53,536 nucleotides of DNA, taken from contig CAZJDN010000001.1 of NCBI GenBank assembly GCA_964544775.1, positions 1-53,536 of the forward strand. The letters run 5' to 3'. Positions 1-9,602 of this stretch are shown in pieces (the first letter of the stretch is position 1; every line of letters starts with the position of its first letter). The notes beneath the pieces were generated by a model. The model saw only the letters and a program-made list of their open reading frames with translations, did no database searches and had not been told where the DNA came from. Origin of the DNA: an uncultured Thiothrix sp. GTDB taxonomy: Bacteria > Pseudomonadota > Gammaproteobacteria > Thiotrichales > Thiotrichaceae. Position numbers and translations under genes: made by a program.

Positions 1-53
1 AAGCAGGGGCAAGCTAGGCTTGCCCTGCCTAAGTAAGCAAATAAGCAAGGCTT

Positions 54-812
54 ATGAGGCTTTGCCTATTTACTTACTTGCAGGAGGCGCAAGCCGTGGC
101 TATTGATTTAGACCTGTTCGACAGTGACAGCCTAGATTTAGGTTTTGCTGATGATTACGGCAGCCTACAGGATAAGGCTACGCCTTATCTTTCTAGGGCT
201 GACAAGTTGAGCGCAATTACCCGATTAGATGCAATCTATAAAGAGCTAGGCTGTAGCTTACACCATAGCGTAGCTACTCAAAGAATAGAAATTCATCAGG
301 CTTATACTAGAGAAAGAATGCGCCAGCAATATACAGCTTCAGGGCGTATCTATAATGAAGCAAAAGCGGAAGCCTATGCAATTGCTTATTTAGAGCCTGC
401 AACCTTACAGGCTACTTTTGCCCGTGTACTTCGCACTAAGGCATTAAATGCTGCAAGGATAACAAGGGAAGGGAAACACGCGTATATGCTACGTCAACAA
501 ATGCGGGCACAAGCTAAGTTTTTGAGGAAAAAACTCGCAACCTACACGGAAGCCAGTGACTTCTTAGGCGCAGCCCTATGTGAATGGGAAATTGACGAAT
601 TGTTGCAATGCAGCAAAGTAATTAGTGACAGCACACTAAGCAATTACTTTTTACCTCTTCGCAATGTCTTTTCTGCATATAAAGCAAGGAAAAGTGACTA
701 TCAGCGTGTAATACAAAATATACAAGGAAGTAAATTGTTAAAACCTATTCCTGACCACAGTTTACATAGTGGGAGTGTAAAGTCGAGCAAAGAATTTTAT
801 CCAGCAATATAA
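54..812 (+). CDS. hypothetical protein
   Basis: 252-aa ORF; the more likely start is GTG at 97 after GGAGG; followed by a hairpin and T-tract; no recognisable motif. Confidence 0.65.
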   Translation: MRLCLFTYLQEAQAVAIDLDLFDSDSLDLGFADDYGSLQDKATPYLSRADKLSAITRLDAIYKELGCSLHHSVATQRIEIHQAYTRERMRQQYTASGRIYNEAKAEAYAIAYLEPATLQATFARVLRTKALNAARITREGKHAYMLRQQMRAQAKFLRKKLATYTEASDFLGAALCEWEIDELLQCSKVISDSTLSNYFLPLRNVFSAYKARKSDYQRVIQNIQGSKLLKPIPDHSLHSGSVKSSKEFYPAI

Positions 813-834
813 AAAAAGGCTTCGCCTTTTTTTT
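811..834 (+). terminator. short intrinsic terminator-like hairpin, possibly bidirectional
   Basis: AAAAAAAGGC-TTC-GCCTTTTTTTT directly at the stop codon of 54..812. Confidence 0.55.
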
Positions 835-1012
835 CTGGGCTTCGCCTCTGGGCTCTGGGCTTCGCCCTCTTTTTCTCTCTTTTTCTCGGCTCTTATCTCT
901 TTAGCCTCTCTTTTTCTCTCTTTTCTTTTTTTCAGTTGTTCCAGCGAGCTGCGGACTAAAGAAAAGATTCTTTTTATCTCTTTTCTTATCTTTTTAGGCT
1001 TCGCCTCTTCTT

Positions 1013-1160
1013 TACTATATTACTATACTATATTACTATACTATATTACTATACTGTAGTACTATTATTATTATTATTATTATACTTAGATATTACTAAA
1101 GTATATTATTAGATTTAATATTCTATTACCCTTATAGCTTACATATATTAAATGGAGAAA
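1013..1160. repeat. very AT-rich low-complexity tract
   Basis: Repeated TATATTACTATAC units and a (TTA)n run; non-coding. Confidence 0.7.
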
Positions 1161-1216
1161 GTTTAAAAAAAAAAGGCTTCGCAGGCTTCGCCTTTTAGCT
1201 TTTTAAAAAACTCGAC

Positions 1217-1245
1217 TTGACAAATCCAAGAAAGTGTGGTATAAT
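1217..1245 (+). promoter_or_regulatory. consensus sigma70 promoter P1
   Basis: TTGACA-17 bp-TATAAT with extended TGTGG, upstream of the rha-like gene. Confidence 0.9.
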
Positions 1246-1310
1246 AGAGGCAGGCTTGTTAATAAGCCTGTCTCTCTTATACTTTTTATCAACACGATTT
1301 AGGATTCACT

Positions 1311-2162
1311 ATGAATACCTCAATAAGTAACACTCTTAACGTGCAAACCATGAGTAGTTTAGAGATTGCTAAGCTAACTGGTAAGCAACATAACAATATT
1401 TTACGTGATATTAAGGTCATGCTAGATGAGCTAAAAGTCAACCAACTCAAATTTGAGTTGGTTGATTTTTTGGGCACATACAAAGATACAAAAGGGGAAG
1501 AAAGACCCTGCTATAATCTACCTAAACGAGAATGCTTAATTCTTGTCAGTGGCTACAGCATACAAATGCGTGCTGCTATTATTGACAGATGGCAACTCTT
1601 AGAACAGCAAGCTAAAGGGTTTGCTGTTCTGGATGGTATCACTATTGAAGATATTGTTGGTAACGATACAGCAACTACTTTGAAACTAGCACACATGAAA
1701 TGGCAACAAGCTATCATGTATGACCCAGGTACAATGAACAGACACACAATCGCACTGACAGCTCCAGAAATAACAGCACTATCCAATCTTATTGCAGGCT
1801 TTGAAGTAGCTGCACAAGAAAGAAGTGAAATGCTGTCAGCAGCTATTGAATATCTGCCGGAAGATTACTATCTTTGGGAACAGCTTAATATGGCGCACAA
1901 AAGCACTAAGCTATTAAGTCAAATCTGTATAGCGAATAACAGCAAGCCGATATTCACTACACAGTATAAAGGACAGCAACTTAAATTCTACCACCGCTCA
2001 ATATTGCAAGTATATGCTTGCAACGTTGAGTTAATGATGGCTGGCGGTGTTGGTAGCTTACCCGCTGATCACATCTACGCAAGAGCTGAATTTATCTCTT
2101 TAGAAGAAGCACTTAATATTGCTACTACAGAAGTAGAGTTATTGCTCCCCCTCGGCGCATAA
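1311..2162 (+). CDS. rha: Rha family phage regulatory protein
   Basis: N-terminal MSSLEIAKLTGKQHNNILRDI...YKDTKGEERPCYNLPKRECLILVSGYSIQMRAAIIDRWQLLE is typical of the Rha domain; C-terminal part unknown. Confidence 0.85.
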   Translation: MNTSISNTLNVQTMSSLEIAKLTGKQHNNILRDIKVMLDELKVNQLKFELVDFLGTYKDTKGEERPCYNLPKRECLILVSGYSIQMRAAIIDRWQLLEQQAKGFAVLDGITIEDIVGNDTATTLKLAHMKWQQAIMYDPGTMNRHTIALTAPEITALSNLIAGFEVAAQERSEMLSAAIEYLPEDYYLWEQLNMAHKSTKLLSQICIANNSKPIFTTQYKGQQLKFYHRSILQVYACNVELMMAGGVGSLPADHIYARAEFISLEEALNIATTEVELLLPLGA

Positions 2163-2303
2163 TTAGCATAACATAAAAAAACTTTAAACCTGTCAAGTCC
2201 GCAGCCGCTTCGCGGGAGAAATAAAAATATGCCTTCGGCATATTTTTTTTCTCGACTTGACAGGTTTATTTTTTTATGTTGCAATTTTTTAACGCCGGGA
2301 GGG
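2147..2303 (+). promoter_or_regulatory. structured hairpin-promoter element E1
   Basis: CCCCTCGGCG...TAAACCTGTCAAGTC [CCGC-TTC-GCGG, ATATGCC-TTC-GGCATAT] GACTTGACAGGTTTA...CGCCGGGAGGG; downstream arm TTGACA-17-TGCAAT. Confidence 0.8.
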
Positions 2304-2385
2304 TGCATACACACACAGGCTACGCACAGGCACAGGGCTGCGCACAGGCTACGCACAGGGCTGCGCACAGGGCTGCGCCTTTTAA

Positions 2386-4728
2386 ATGAGGAGTAATGAA
2401 ATGACCACTAAATTACGCAGCAGGCTACGCCCAGCACAGGCAGGGGCTGGGGCTGCGCACAGGCTGCGCCTTTTAAATGAGGAGGCTTCCATAGGGGATG
2501 CCGAGGAGGCTTCCATAGGGGATGCCGAGGAGGCTTCCCTAGAGGCTGTTTTCAACAGCAGCACAAATGCATTTTCAGGCTACAAATTTAAAGAGCGCTA
2601 TATGCTGTGCCCAAGCCCACGAAAGCCCCAGCCCAAAATCCTTTGTGCATTCCCCACTTTGCCTGCTTCTGACCCAAAAACTCCCCGCATTGTTATGGCT
2701 GGCACACAAAAGAACTGTGTGCTTGCAGAGTTAAGCGGTGCGCAAGGGCTTGCTCTTGAGGAGGGATGGGCAGAAGAAAAGGATTACATAGATGCAATAG
2801 ATGAGCTGCGCTATTGGCAACAATCTCTTGCAGCCCTACAACAGCAAAGGGCATCAGAAGGCGGCTACGCTGCCGCTCTGCCTGTTTATCCAGATGAGTG
2901 GGGGAATGCGCCGCACTTGCAAGTAGTGCTTAACAGCAAGATACTGTTTGTATATCCGCCTCCTGACAATGGTGGCAGACCTACTGTATTACAAGTGGAG
3001 CAAGGGCACACATTCACCGCAGCAAGACTGCAACAGGACGGCACAGTAATTATTGATGAAAGTGCTGTTGATGAAGGTGCAGAAGAGATGCACCTATTTT
3101 ACTTGTCTGCTGTTGGGAGCACTAGAGCAGACGCTCCATATATCTGGGGGATAGTGCCCACACATGGTATGGGCACTCTGCAAGAGCGGCGTAATACGCA
3201 GATCAGTACAGTGGGCACACTAATCCCTGACGACGAGTTGAGCATTGAAATGCTTCCTGTTATGGAGGCAATGGCACGTTATGCACTAAAAACAGGGCTT
3301 GGCGCAAACGCAGCATACTTCAGATATAAAAGCATACTTCTGGGTAACAGATTTGCTAACAAGAGTGGCAGTATTGCGCCCAGAAATGTAGACGAAGGTT
3401 GGGCAGCTAAGCACGCAAGGCTTGCGGCAGCTACATTGGAGCGTGAGGACGCTCATAAGACAGCAAGCAGGCTCTCCAGTAACTACAGGGCGGCGGCAGC
3501 CGCACTAGAAGAGCCGCAGGCTTCTTCACGGGGGGCGGCGGCAGCCGCACTAGAGGAGCCGCAGGCTTCTTCACGGGGGGCTGCCCCATCGCCTACTGCG
3601 GCTGCCCCACAATATTTGGCTATTGCTCAGCGTCTCATACTTGCCACAATAGTAGGGCTTCCACTAACTCAAGAATCAGCTTCTGCAAAGGAAGCTGCCT
3701 CTCTTGAGGCATTATATGGCGATGATGCATCCGAGTGGGAAGGATGGCTGGCAGCCTGCGGGGTAGAGCAGCATGCTGCTGCTCTCCCTCTGGGCAGTTC
3801 TCGACCTCTTTGGTGGCTTGCTGGGCTACTAGAGCACGAAGAGGCTGCGCCCCTTTTTGCGCCTGCTACACGGCTAGATGGTAGCCATGATGTGGCTGTT
3901 ATCAGGGCGGGTAGAGCAAGGCAGTGGCTTCCAGCCCCTCTTGCCACTCCCTCTGGTAGCGTATGGCGCACAGAAGAGGAGCTGTTAGCCCTATGTGAGC
4001 TATTGCCAACTTATGGCACAGGTGCATGGATTCCTGCATGGTTGCTGCCACCAGCGGCTAGAGAGGCTGCCCTAGAGACGTTGCAAGCGTCTCGCTGGGA
4101 TACAGACGCAAGTTACAGGCATCCACGTTTTTGGTCTGCCTCTCTACATGGCGCAGATTATGCTGCTTTCTATGAAGCAATAGGGGAGACGAGACTAGCG
4201 TCTCGCCTCTATTGGGATGAGACTACAGAGAAAGGCTACGCACTTGCAGAACAGCAAGTTAATGACATGCTACGCGCCCGGGCTGCTCCACGGCTGCGCC
4301 TCTCTGAGGGGGCTTCTTCTCTTTTAAGTAAGGAAGCCCCCTTATTAAGTAGAGAAGCCCCCTTATTAAGTAAGGAAGCCCCCTTATTAAGTAAGGAAGC
4401 TCAAACTTTCCTTGGCGATAGACTGGTAAGCTATGAGCTGTCCCACAAGTATCTGTACAGGCTGCCCCGCAAGAGGCTAGATATGGTGTACGGAGCGACA
4501 GCAATGCTACGCGTAGATGAATTGCAAAGGCTGTCGCTGTTTAGACAGCAAATGATTCCGCTACTGATGCAAAAGAAGCAGGACATAGCTGCGCTTTCGC
4601 ATAGCATAGAGGAATGGCACAAAAGGCGGTCAGATGCCGCTTTATGGCTGCCAACAGGGGCTACGCCATCGGCTGAGCCTAGTATAAGTGATGTTTTAGT
4701 AGACGATGAAGAAGGAGACATAGAATGA
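2386..4728 (+). CDS. large Ala-rich hypothetical protein with internal tandem repeats
   Basis: 780-aa ORF, probable start 2401 after GAGGAG; repeats EEASIGDA, AAAAALEEPQASSRG, LLSKEAP. Confidence 0.7.
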   Translation: MRSNEMTTKLRSRLRPAQAGAGAAHRLRLLNEEASIGDAEEASIGDAEEASLEAVFNSSTNAFSGYKFKERYMLCPSPRKPQPKILCAFPTLPASDPKTPRIVMAGTQKNCVLAELSGAQGLALEEGWAEEKDYIDAIDELRYWQQSLAALQQQRASEGGYAAALPVYPDEWGNAPHLQVVLNSKILFVYPPPDNGGRPTVLQVEQGHTFTAARLQQDGTVIIDESAVDEGAEEMHLFYLSAVGSTRADAPYIWGIVPTHGMGTLQERRNTQISTVGTLIPDDELSIEMLPVMEAMARYALKTGLGANAAYFRYKSILLGNRFANKSGSIAPRNVDEGWAAKHARLAAATLEREDAHKTASRLSSNYRAAAAALEEPQASSRGAAAAALEEPQASSRGAAPSPTAAAPQYLAIAQRLILATIVGLPLTQESASAKEAASLEALYGDDASEWEGWLAACGVEQHAAALPLGSSRPLWWLAGLLEHEEAAPLFAPATRLDGSHDVAVIRAGRARQWLPAPLATPSGSVWRTEEELLALCELLPTYGTGAWIPAWLLPPAAREAALETLQASRWDTDASYRHPRFWSASLHGADYAAFYEAIGETRLASRLYWDETTEKGYALAEQQVNDMLRARAAPRLRLSEGASSLLSKEAPLLSREAPLLSKEAPLLSKEAQTFLGDRLVSYELSHKYLYRLPRKRLDMVYGATAMLRVDELQRLSLFRQQMIPLLMQKKQDIAALSHSIEEWHKRRSDAALWLPTGATPSAEPSISDVLVDDEEGDIE

Positions 4729-4855
4729 GCAGTAACGACATGAGCAGCAATCAATAAGGGAATTGGCAGAGTTAGTGTCCATGCTGAATTTCCTAGCATG
4801 GAATGACACGCAATGAGCATGACAGGCAAACAGCCTAACAGCACTAGAAGGTAGC

Positions 4856-5005
4856 GCCCTCCCCGGCGCAGAATCCCCATAAGGCTTCCGCACGCTGCTG
4901 TCAAGGATGGTCGCAGACCACCAAGGAAATAAATTGCGCAGCAATTTATTTCCCTCCTTTACAGCAGCTTGAGGTAGCCTTACCATTTTTACAGCCGGAA
5001 GGGGC
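4856..5005 (+). promoter_or_regulatory. structured hairpin-promoter element E2
   Basis: GCCCTCCCCGGC...GCTGCTGTCAAGGA [TGGTC-GCA-GACCA, GGAAATAAATTGC-GCA-GCAATTTATTTCC] TCCTTTACAGCAGC...GCCGGAAGGGGC; TTTACA-17-TACCAT. Confidence 0.7.
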
Positions 5006-5157
5006 AGGCACTAGCCCCGTCAAAAACTAGAGTTGGCACATTCGCAGGGGAAATATTCCTCATTGCCATGCTTGTATAGGGATCAAATTATCAATTGCAG
5101 GATGCCTTTAAAAAAATCGAGCATTTTCCCTGTTTTTAAGAAAAAAATAAATTGGAC

Positions 5158-5186
5158 TTGACAAATCAGGGAAAGTGTGGTATAAT
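5158..5186 (+). promoter_or_regulatory. consensus sigma70 promoter P2
   Basis: TTGACA-AATCAGGGAAAGTGTGG-TATAAT, near-identical to P1, with an A-tract upstream. Confidence 0.9.
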
Positions 5187-5251
5187 AGAAGGGAGCCTCT
5201 AAAAAAAGAAAAAATTTTTTCTTAACTCAACACCTATGGAGATGACACGCA

Positions 5252-6052
5252 ATGAGCATGACAGGCAAACAGCCTAACAGCAATGAAGGGCATAGCAGCA
5301 ATGAAGGGCATAGCAGCAATGAAGGGCATAGCAGCAATGGAGGGCATAGCAGCGAGTGGCAAGCACATGGGATGTTTGATACTCCTGATAATCAAGATGA
5401 TTGGCTTCAACGAGTAGACCGGCTTACAAGCAGTGAACGTTACATCGCAATGATGTACGGTATGATGATGTGGAACCTTTGCTGCAAGATGCACACCCAG
5501 AGTAACACACCGAAAGCCCCTACCAATATTCCTTTCATGTTGCAAGCGCAGTTGAGCCATAAGGCTGTGGAGCTTAATCCAGCAACTGCTAGCTTGGAAG
5601 ATTTGATGGCAGCGGCAACAGTACAAGAGGTCGAGTTTAAGGGCAACATCAGCCCGATGGTAGACGGTATCGCCGCACTCTTCTTCGACAAGATGATGGC
5701 TAGTGATTTCGATCACGACAGCTTCTTTATCTATGGCGATAGCGACAGCTGCACACTTACCCCGACATTTGCAGAAGTATTGCGTGGCGAGGGTTACACA
5801 GTTACGCAAGAAAATAAACTGGTAGTGCAGCTCGACGGTGGCGGCGATGAGCTGGCGGAAATTGTATGGGAATACAACTATGTTGATGGCTATATTGAAC
5901 TTATCGTTGACCTCCAACCAGAAGGAGATTTTAATGGCTGGGAAGGCGACGATGAGCCTGTCCCGCACGACTACCCGCCTAATATCGGTGATGAGCTGCT
6001 GGTTCGTCGCTGGAATATTAACTTCGCTCACTATAGTGCTGTTTTTAGCTAG
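5252..6052 (+). CDS. acidic hypothetical protein with N-terminal SNEGHS repeats
   Basis: 266-aa ORF downstream of P2 with GGAG upstream; 18-bp tandem repeat about x4. Confidence 0.7.
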   Translation: MSMTGKQPNSNEGHSSNEGHSSNEGHSSNGGHSSEWQAHGMFDTPDNQDDWLQRVDRLTSSERYIAMMYGMMMWNLCCKMHTQSNTPKAPTNIPFMLQAQLSHKAVELNPATASLEDLMAAATVQEVEFKGNISPMVDGIAALFFDKMMASDFDHDSFFIYGDSDSCTLTPTFAEVLRGEGYTVTQENKLVVQLDGGGDELAEIVWEYNYVDGYIELIVDLQPEGDFNGWEGDDEPVPHDYPPNIGDELLVRRWNINFAHYSAVFS

Positions 6053-6425
6053 CCTATAGCGCTATTCTGGCGATGCTCGTGGTGTAGCGCAGAAATTCAA
6101 AGATGAATCAGCAAGAGCAATGATGCGGGAGCTACAGCCCAAGATGGATGCTTATGTGCAAACTTGCAGACAGCAATGGCAGCACGATATTACTGCTACT
6201 CGTACAAGCATCGAGATTGAGCAGTAAGCCAACGAAGAGAAGAGAGCTAGTAAACTGCAATCAGAAATGCGGCAAGCAGAAATGCAGTTGGCACGTGCCA
6301 ACCAACTGAGCTTGCAGCCAAAAGAGCACACATTGTTATCTTGGGGTGCAGCTCCCCTCGGGCGCACGATCAGGATAGCACCCCCAAAGAGAAGAAGTCA
6401 AGCCCGTAGCCGCTGCGCGGAATAA
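5952..6425 (+). pseudogene. possible disrupted gene for a membrane-anchored coiled-coil protein
   Basis: One frame reads MSLSRTTTRLISVMSCWFVAGILTSLTIVLFLASL*RYSGDARG...IEIEQ*ANEEKRASKLQSEMRQAEMQLARANQ, with stops TAG 6057 and TAA 6225. Confidence 0.4.
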
Positions 6426-6504
6426 AATAAATCGCTTTGCGATTTATTTTATTGGCTTGACTTCTTTGATGAGGGTGCTACAATATTTTCGCCCCGAAGG
6501 GGGC
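6351..6504 (+). promoter_or_regulatory. structured hairpin-promoter element E3
   Basis: CCCCTCGGGCG...TAGCACCC...AAGAAGTCAAGCC [CCGC-TGC-GCGG, AATAAAATAAATCGC-TTT-GCGATTTATTTTATT] GGCTTGACTTCTT...GGGTGCTA...CGCCCCGAAGGGG; TTGACT-16-TACAAT. Confidence 0.8.
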
Positions 6505-6547
6505 AACAACAGTAGCCACAGTGCTACATTTAACAGGAGACTTTCAA

Positions 6548-7144
6548 ATGTCAAGTGATAATGCTACGCTAGTAGACCCTAAAGCAGTACAAGCAGCATC
6601 AGAAGTGTTGCAGACTGCGGAGAACTTCGAGCCTAACGCCTGCCCTAAAAATGGCAATGAATTGGCGTGGGAGCTGTCGGCAGCGGACGTAGTCGATATG
6701 GCAGCAGATGACCCTATGCGGGTGCGTAACTTTGTTATGCAGCAACATGCTCGTGGCATCGGTCAATACACGCATTACATGTTAGGCTTCATACCGCTGC
6801 GGGTTATCAGCCAAGGTCAACCGGACGAGAGAGGGGTATCGCAGCACGAATATGATGTACCGAACATCATCACACAGAACGAGATGGATTTCCTATCGGC
6901 TGTCAGCAATAAGCTGCGTCGTGCAGGCTACCCGCAGCCTCCCCAAACTACACCTATAGCGGTGGTAGACACTCAGGGTGCGCTGGAGTTCGCAAGTCGC
7001 TCTATGGCTGACGCGCCGTTGCACGACATGATGCACGAAGCTATGCGTATCATGCACCTTCAAGCCCTTTACCGTGAAGAGGAGGCAGAAAATGAACAGC
7101 TCGAGTTATTCTCTGAACAGACAGCGCCGGAGCGCATTCATTAA
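6548..7144 (+). CDS. hypothetical protein
   Basis: ORF 6521..7144; ATG 6548 follows AGGAG. Confidence 0.75.
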   Translation: MSSDNATLVDPKAVQAASEVLQTAENFEPNACPKNGNELAWELSAADVVDMAADDPMRVRNFVMQQHARGIGQYTHYMLGFIPLRVISQGQPDERGVSQHEYDVPNIITQNEMDFLSAVSNKLRRAGYPQPPQTTPIAVVDTQGALEFASRSMADAPLHDMMHEAMRIMHLQALYREEEAENEQLELFSEQTAPERIH

Positions 7145-7253
7145 GCAATATGCGCATACTTTACTTGGCATGGCGCTATTATGCGCTGTGCCTGCACTTG
7201 CAGATGCCTTATCTAAGGCACTGCTACCATATTAGCTCTGAGGAGGGCATGTT

Positions 7254-7883
7254 ATGGCTATTCAAGTTATGCGGATTCAGAATCCGTTACCAGTAGATAG
7301 CGATGGGTTCGCTACCGCAACTTTCCTGCAACAGCTCAAGGAAAAGCCACCGGAAGTGCAGGTGTTTGAGTTACCAGCATTTGTAGCGCGGATGCCAGCG
7401 CAGATGTCACAGTGGCTGTTCTACGATGAGGTGTATACAAAGCTGTTGCCAGCAATTGCTGCGCAATATGATAAAGACCTCTCTTCCCGTCGTCGCCGTG
7501 AATTCATCGTTACTGGCACATTCTGGGCTGTCGAGTGTATGTACAAGAAATGGTTGCCGCGCATCCTGCCTATGATTCCGGCGAATGTAGCCCCTTGGCA
7601 GGGCATCTGCACTTTCTTAGCCAATGCTGCGGTTGACAACGCAGAGTGGGGCAATGAATGGGCACAAGATGCGCATAACTATGTGGAATGGTACGCACTG
7701 AATAAATTCGATAAGCATGAGGGCGCTGGCATCATGGATGCTGATCGCCTGCTGGTTCGCACCCTGTATGAAATGTACTGGATGCAAGAACACAGCAATC
7801 AAGGAAACTGTGATGTTGGAGGTGGAACATGCCCGGACATTTTGGAGCCGAACTGGTCGCTTACAGCCCTCTGCCTCGAGTAG
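7254..7883 (+). CDS. hypothetical protein
   Basis: 209-aa ORF with GAGGAGG RBS. Confidence 0.8.
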   Translation: MAIQVMRIQNPLPVDSDGFATATFLQQLKEKPPEVQVFELPAFVARMPAQMSQWLFYDEVYTKLLPAIAAQYDKDLSSRRRREFIVTGTFWAVECMYKKWLPRILPMIPANVAPWQGICTFLANAAVDNAEWGNEWAQDAHNYVEWYALNKFDKHEGAGIMDADRLLVRTLYEMYWMQEHSNQGNCDVGGGTCPDILEPNWSLTALCLE

Positions 7884-8080
7884 AGGGGCTACAGCTCAGC
7901 GATGCGTTTGAAGAAGCGCAAGAGTACGAAATAAATTATTTGTCTGTGGGAGGTTACGAGCAACAACATTACATTACTCTTACTTACAGCCAACTGATAC
8001 AGTATGTAGCATTCAACGAAGATCGTGGGGCGCACAGCTTTACAGTCTATGACAGCAATGGTAATGAAGTGGCGCTATGA
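7829..8080 (+). CDS. small hypothetical protein
   Basis: GGAGGT RBS; its stop overlaps the next ATG (ATGA). Confidence 0.6.
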   Translation: MPGHFGAELVAYSPLPRVEGLQLSDAFEEAQEYEINYLSVGGYEQQHYITLTYSQLIQYVAFNEDRGAHSFTVYDSNGNEVAL

Positions 8081-9525
8081 GCGCCCTAGGAGATACGACA
8101 ATGACAATTCCAAATACTGGACGCATGGGAATGCCCGGACTCTCTTCCGGCACAGGAAAAGGTGGTCTATTTGCAGGCTCACCTATCGTCCAACAGATGG
8201 CGGCTAAGCAGCAAGCCGCTGAGAAAGAAGCTGCAAAAGAAGAGGCAGGCGGCGATGCCCCTGCACCTGCGCAACAATTTGTTAATCCAATCAAGGAAAT
8301 GAAAGATATGCAAACTCAACCTACTACCTCTGCTGGCACTGGCTCCAACACCCCACTGACTGATGAAGCTGCTAAGCCTCTGGCAGGTGGTCTCCCTGCT
8401 GATGTGCCTGCGGCTACTGCTGACGCTGACCCGGAAGACGTAGCCGGTGATGAAGGCGATGAAGGTGAGCCTCTGCCACGCGGCGCAGGCAAAATCGACT
8501 ATCGTGACGATGCCAATCCTATTCCTGTTGCCATGACCGATGATCAACGTGCTGCATACGCCGATCAAGGCGTAATATTCATCGACACCAAGCAGCCGGT
8601 TGTCTTCAAAGAACGTGTCATGGAAGAAGTGAAAAATGAAGCTGGTGAAGTGGTAGAAACCCGGTCTGCTGTCACTCCGAAGGGTAATCCTAAGTTCAAG
8701 ACCACCAAGGCTATGGTGTCTTACGGTGTATCCCTGACTGAACCGGAAGCTGAACAGGTTGCGGAAGAAGCCGCGCAGTTGATCTTCGATCACATGATTC
8801 ACTTGGTTGTCGGTCATCTGGATAAGCAGGATATTCGCCTGCCATTAGGTACAGTGTTCACCTCCGAATGGCTGAGCACTCACTTCGGCGCAGAAAGCCT
8901 GATGGATGCCATCATCGCGGAATTCCGCCCATGGGAATCTGTATCCATGTCCTCCAGCGCAGCAGAAGCTCTGGTGTGCAACCTGGATGTCGGTGGTCGT
9001 ACTCCTCACGAGCTGGTCGATATGGCAGCAAGCGACATGGAACTGTACTTCACCAAGATTCACAAGTCTCAATTCGGCAAAGAGCCTACAGCTTCCGACA
9101 TGAAAGCGTATGCTAGTCCGATTGTGAAGCTGGTGGCTAAGTACGAAGCGTTCCAGAAGCGCACCGAGAAGGCTGCGGAAGAAGGCAAGAAGGCTCCGGT
9201 CTGGAAACTTCCTGCACTGCCAGCTACTACGCTGAAAGCAATTCAGGTGTTCATCACTCACGTTGGCAACAACATGAAGGAACGCCGTGCACAGCTCAAG
9301 TGGCTGGAAGCTGGCAATCGTCCGCGTGGGGTTGATGACAGCGTAATCACCACGTTCATGTCCGAGTGCCCCGATACTCTGGAAGCATTGAATGCTACCA
9401 AGTGCATCCTGACTGCAATTCACGACAAAATGAAAGCAGACCAGGACAAGAAGGCTAAGGCATCTGCGGCTGTTGCGCCTGATGCTAACTCCATGTTCTC
9501 TGCGGACTCTTTCCGTATCGGTTAA
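8077..9525 (+). CDS. hypothetical protein with disordered N-terminus, probably abundant
   Basis: 482-aa ORF, possible start 8101 after AGGAG; biased codons (GCT, GAA, AAG, CGT, TTC). Confidence 0.8.
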   Translation: MSALGDTTMTIPNTGRMGMPGLSSGTGKGGLFAGSPIVQQMAAKQQAAEKEAAKEEAGGDAPAPAQQFVNPIKEMKDMQTQPTTSAGTGSNTPLTDEAAKPLAGGLPADVPAATADADPEDVAGDEGDEGEPLPRGAGKIDYRDDANPIPVAMTDDQRAAYADQGVIFIDTKQPVVFKERVMEEVKNEAGEVVETRSAVTPKGNPKFKTTKAMVSYGVSLTEPEAEQVAEEAAQLIFDHMIHLVVGHLDKQDIRLPLGTVFTSEWLSTHFGAESLMDAIIAEFRPWESVSMSSSAAEALVCNLDVGGRTPHELVDMAASDMELYFTKIHKSQFGKEPTASDMKAYASPIVKLVAKYEAFQKRTEKAAEEGKKAPVWKLPALPATTLKAIQVFITHVGNNMKERRAQLKWLEAGNRPRGVDDSVITTFMSECPDTLEALNATKCILTAIHDKMKADQDKKAKASAAVAPDANSMFSADSFRIG

Positions 9526-9602
9526 CAGCAACAAGGACAGCAGCCCTAACGGGCTATCTCCTATGGGCGTGGGCGGACTCTTGAGCATGAGCTTGAGTGG
9601 CT

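Noticed and set aside
8179-9588. Long minus-strand ORFs 8179..8817 and 8845..9588 (also 5234..6031 and 16990..17565)
   Set aside because: Antisense shadows of codon-biased plus-strand genes, without RBS or motifs.
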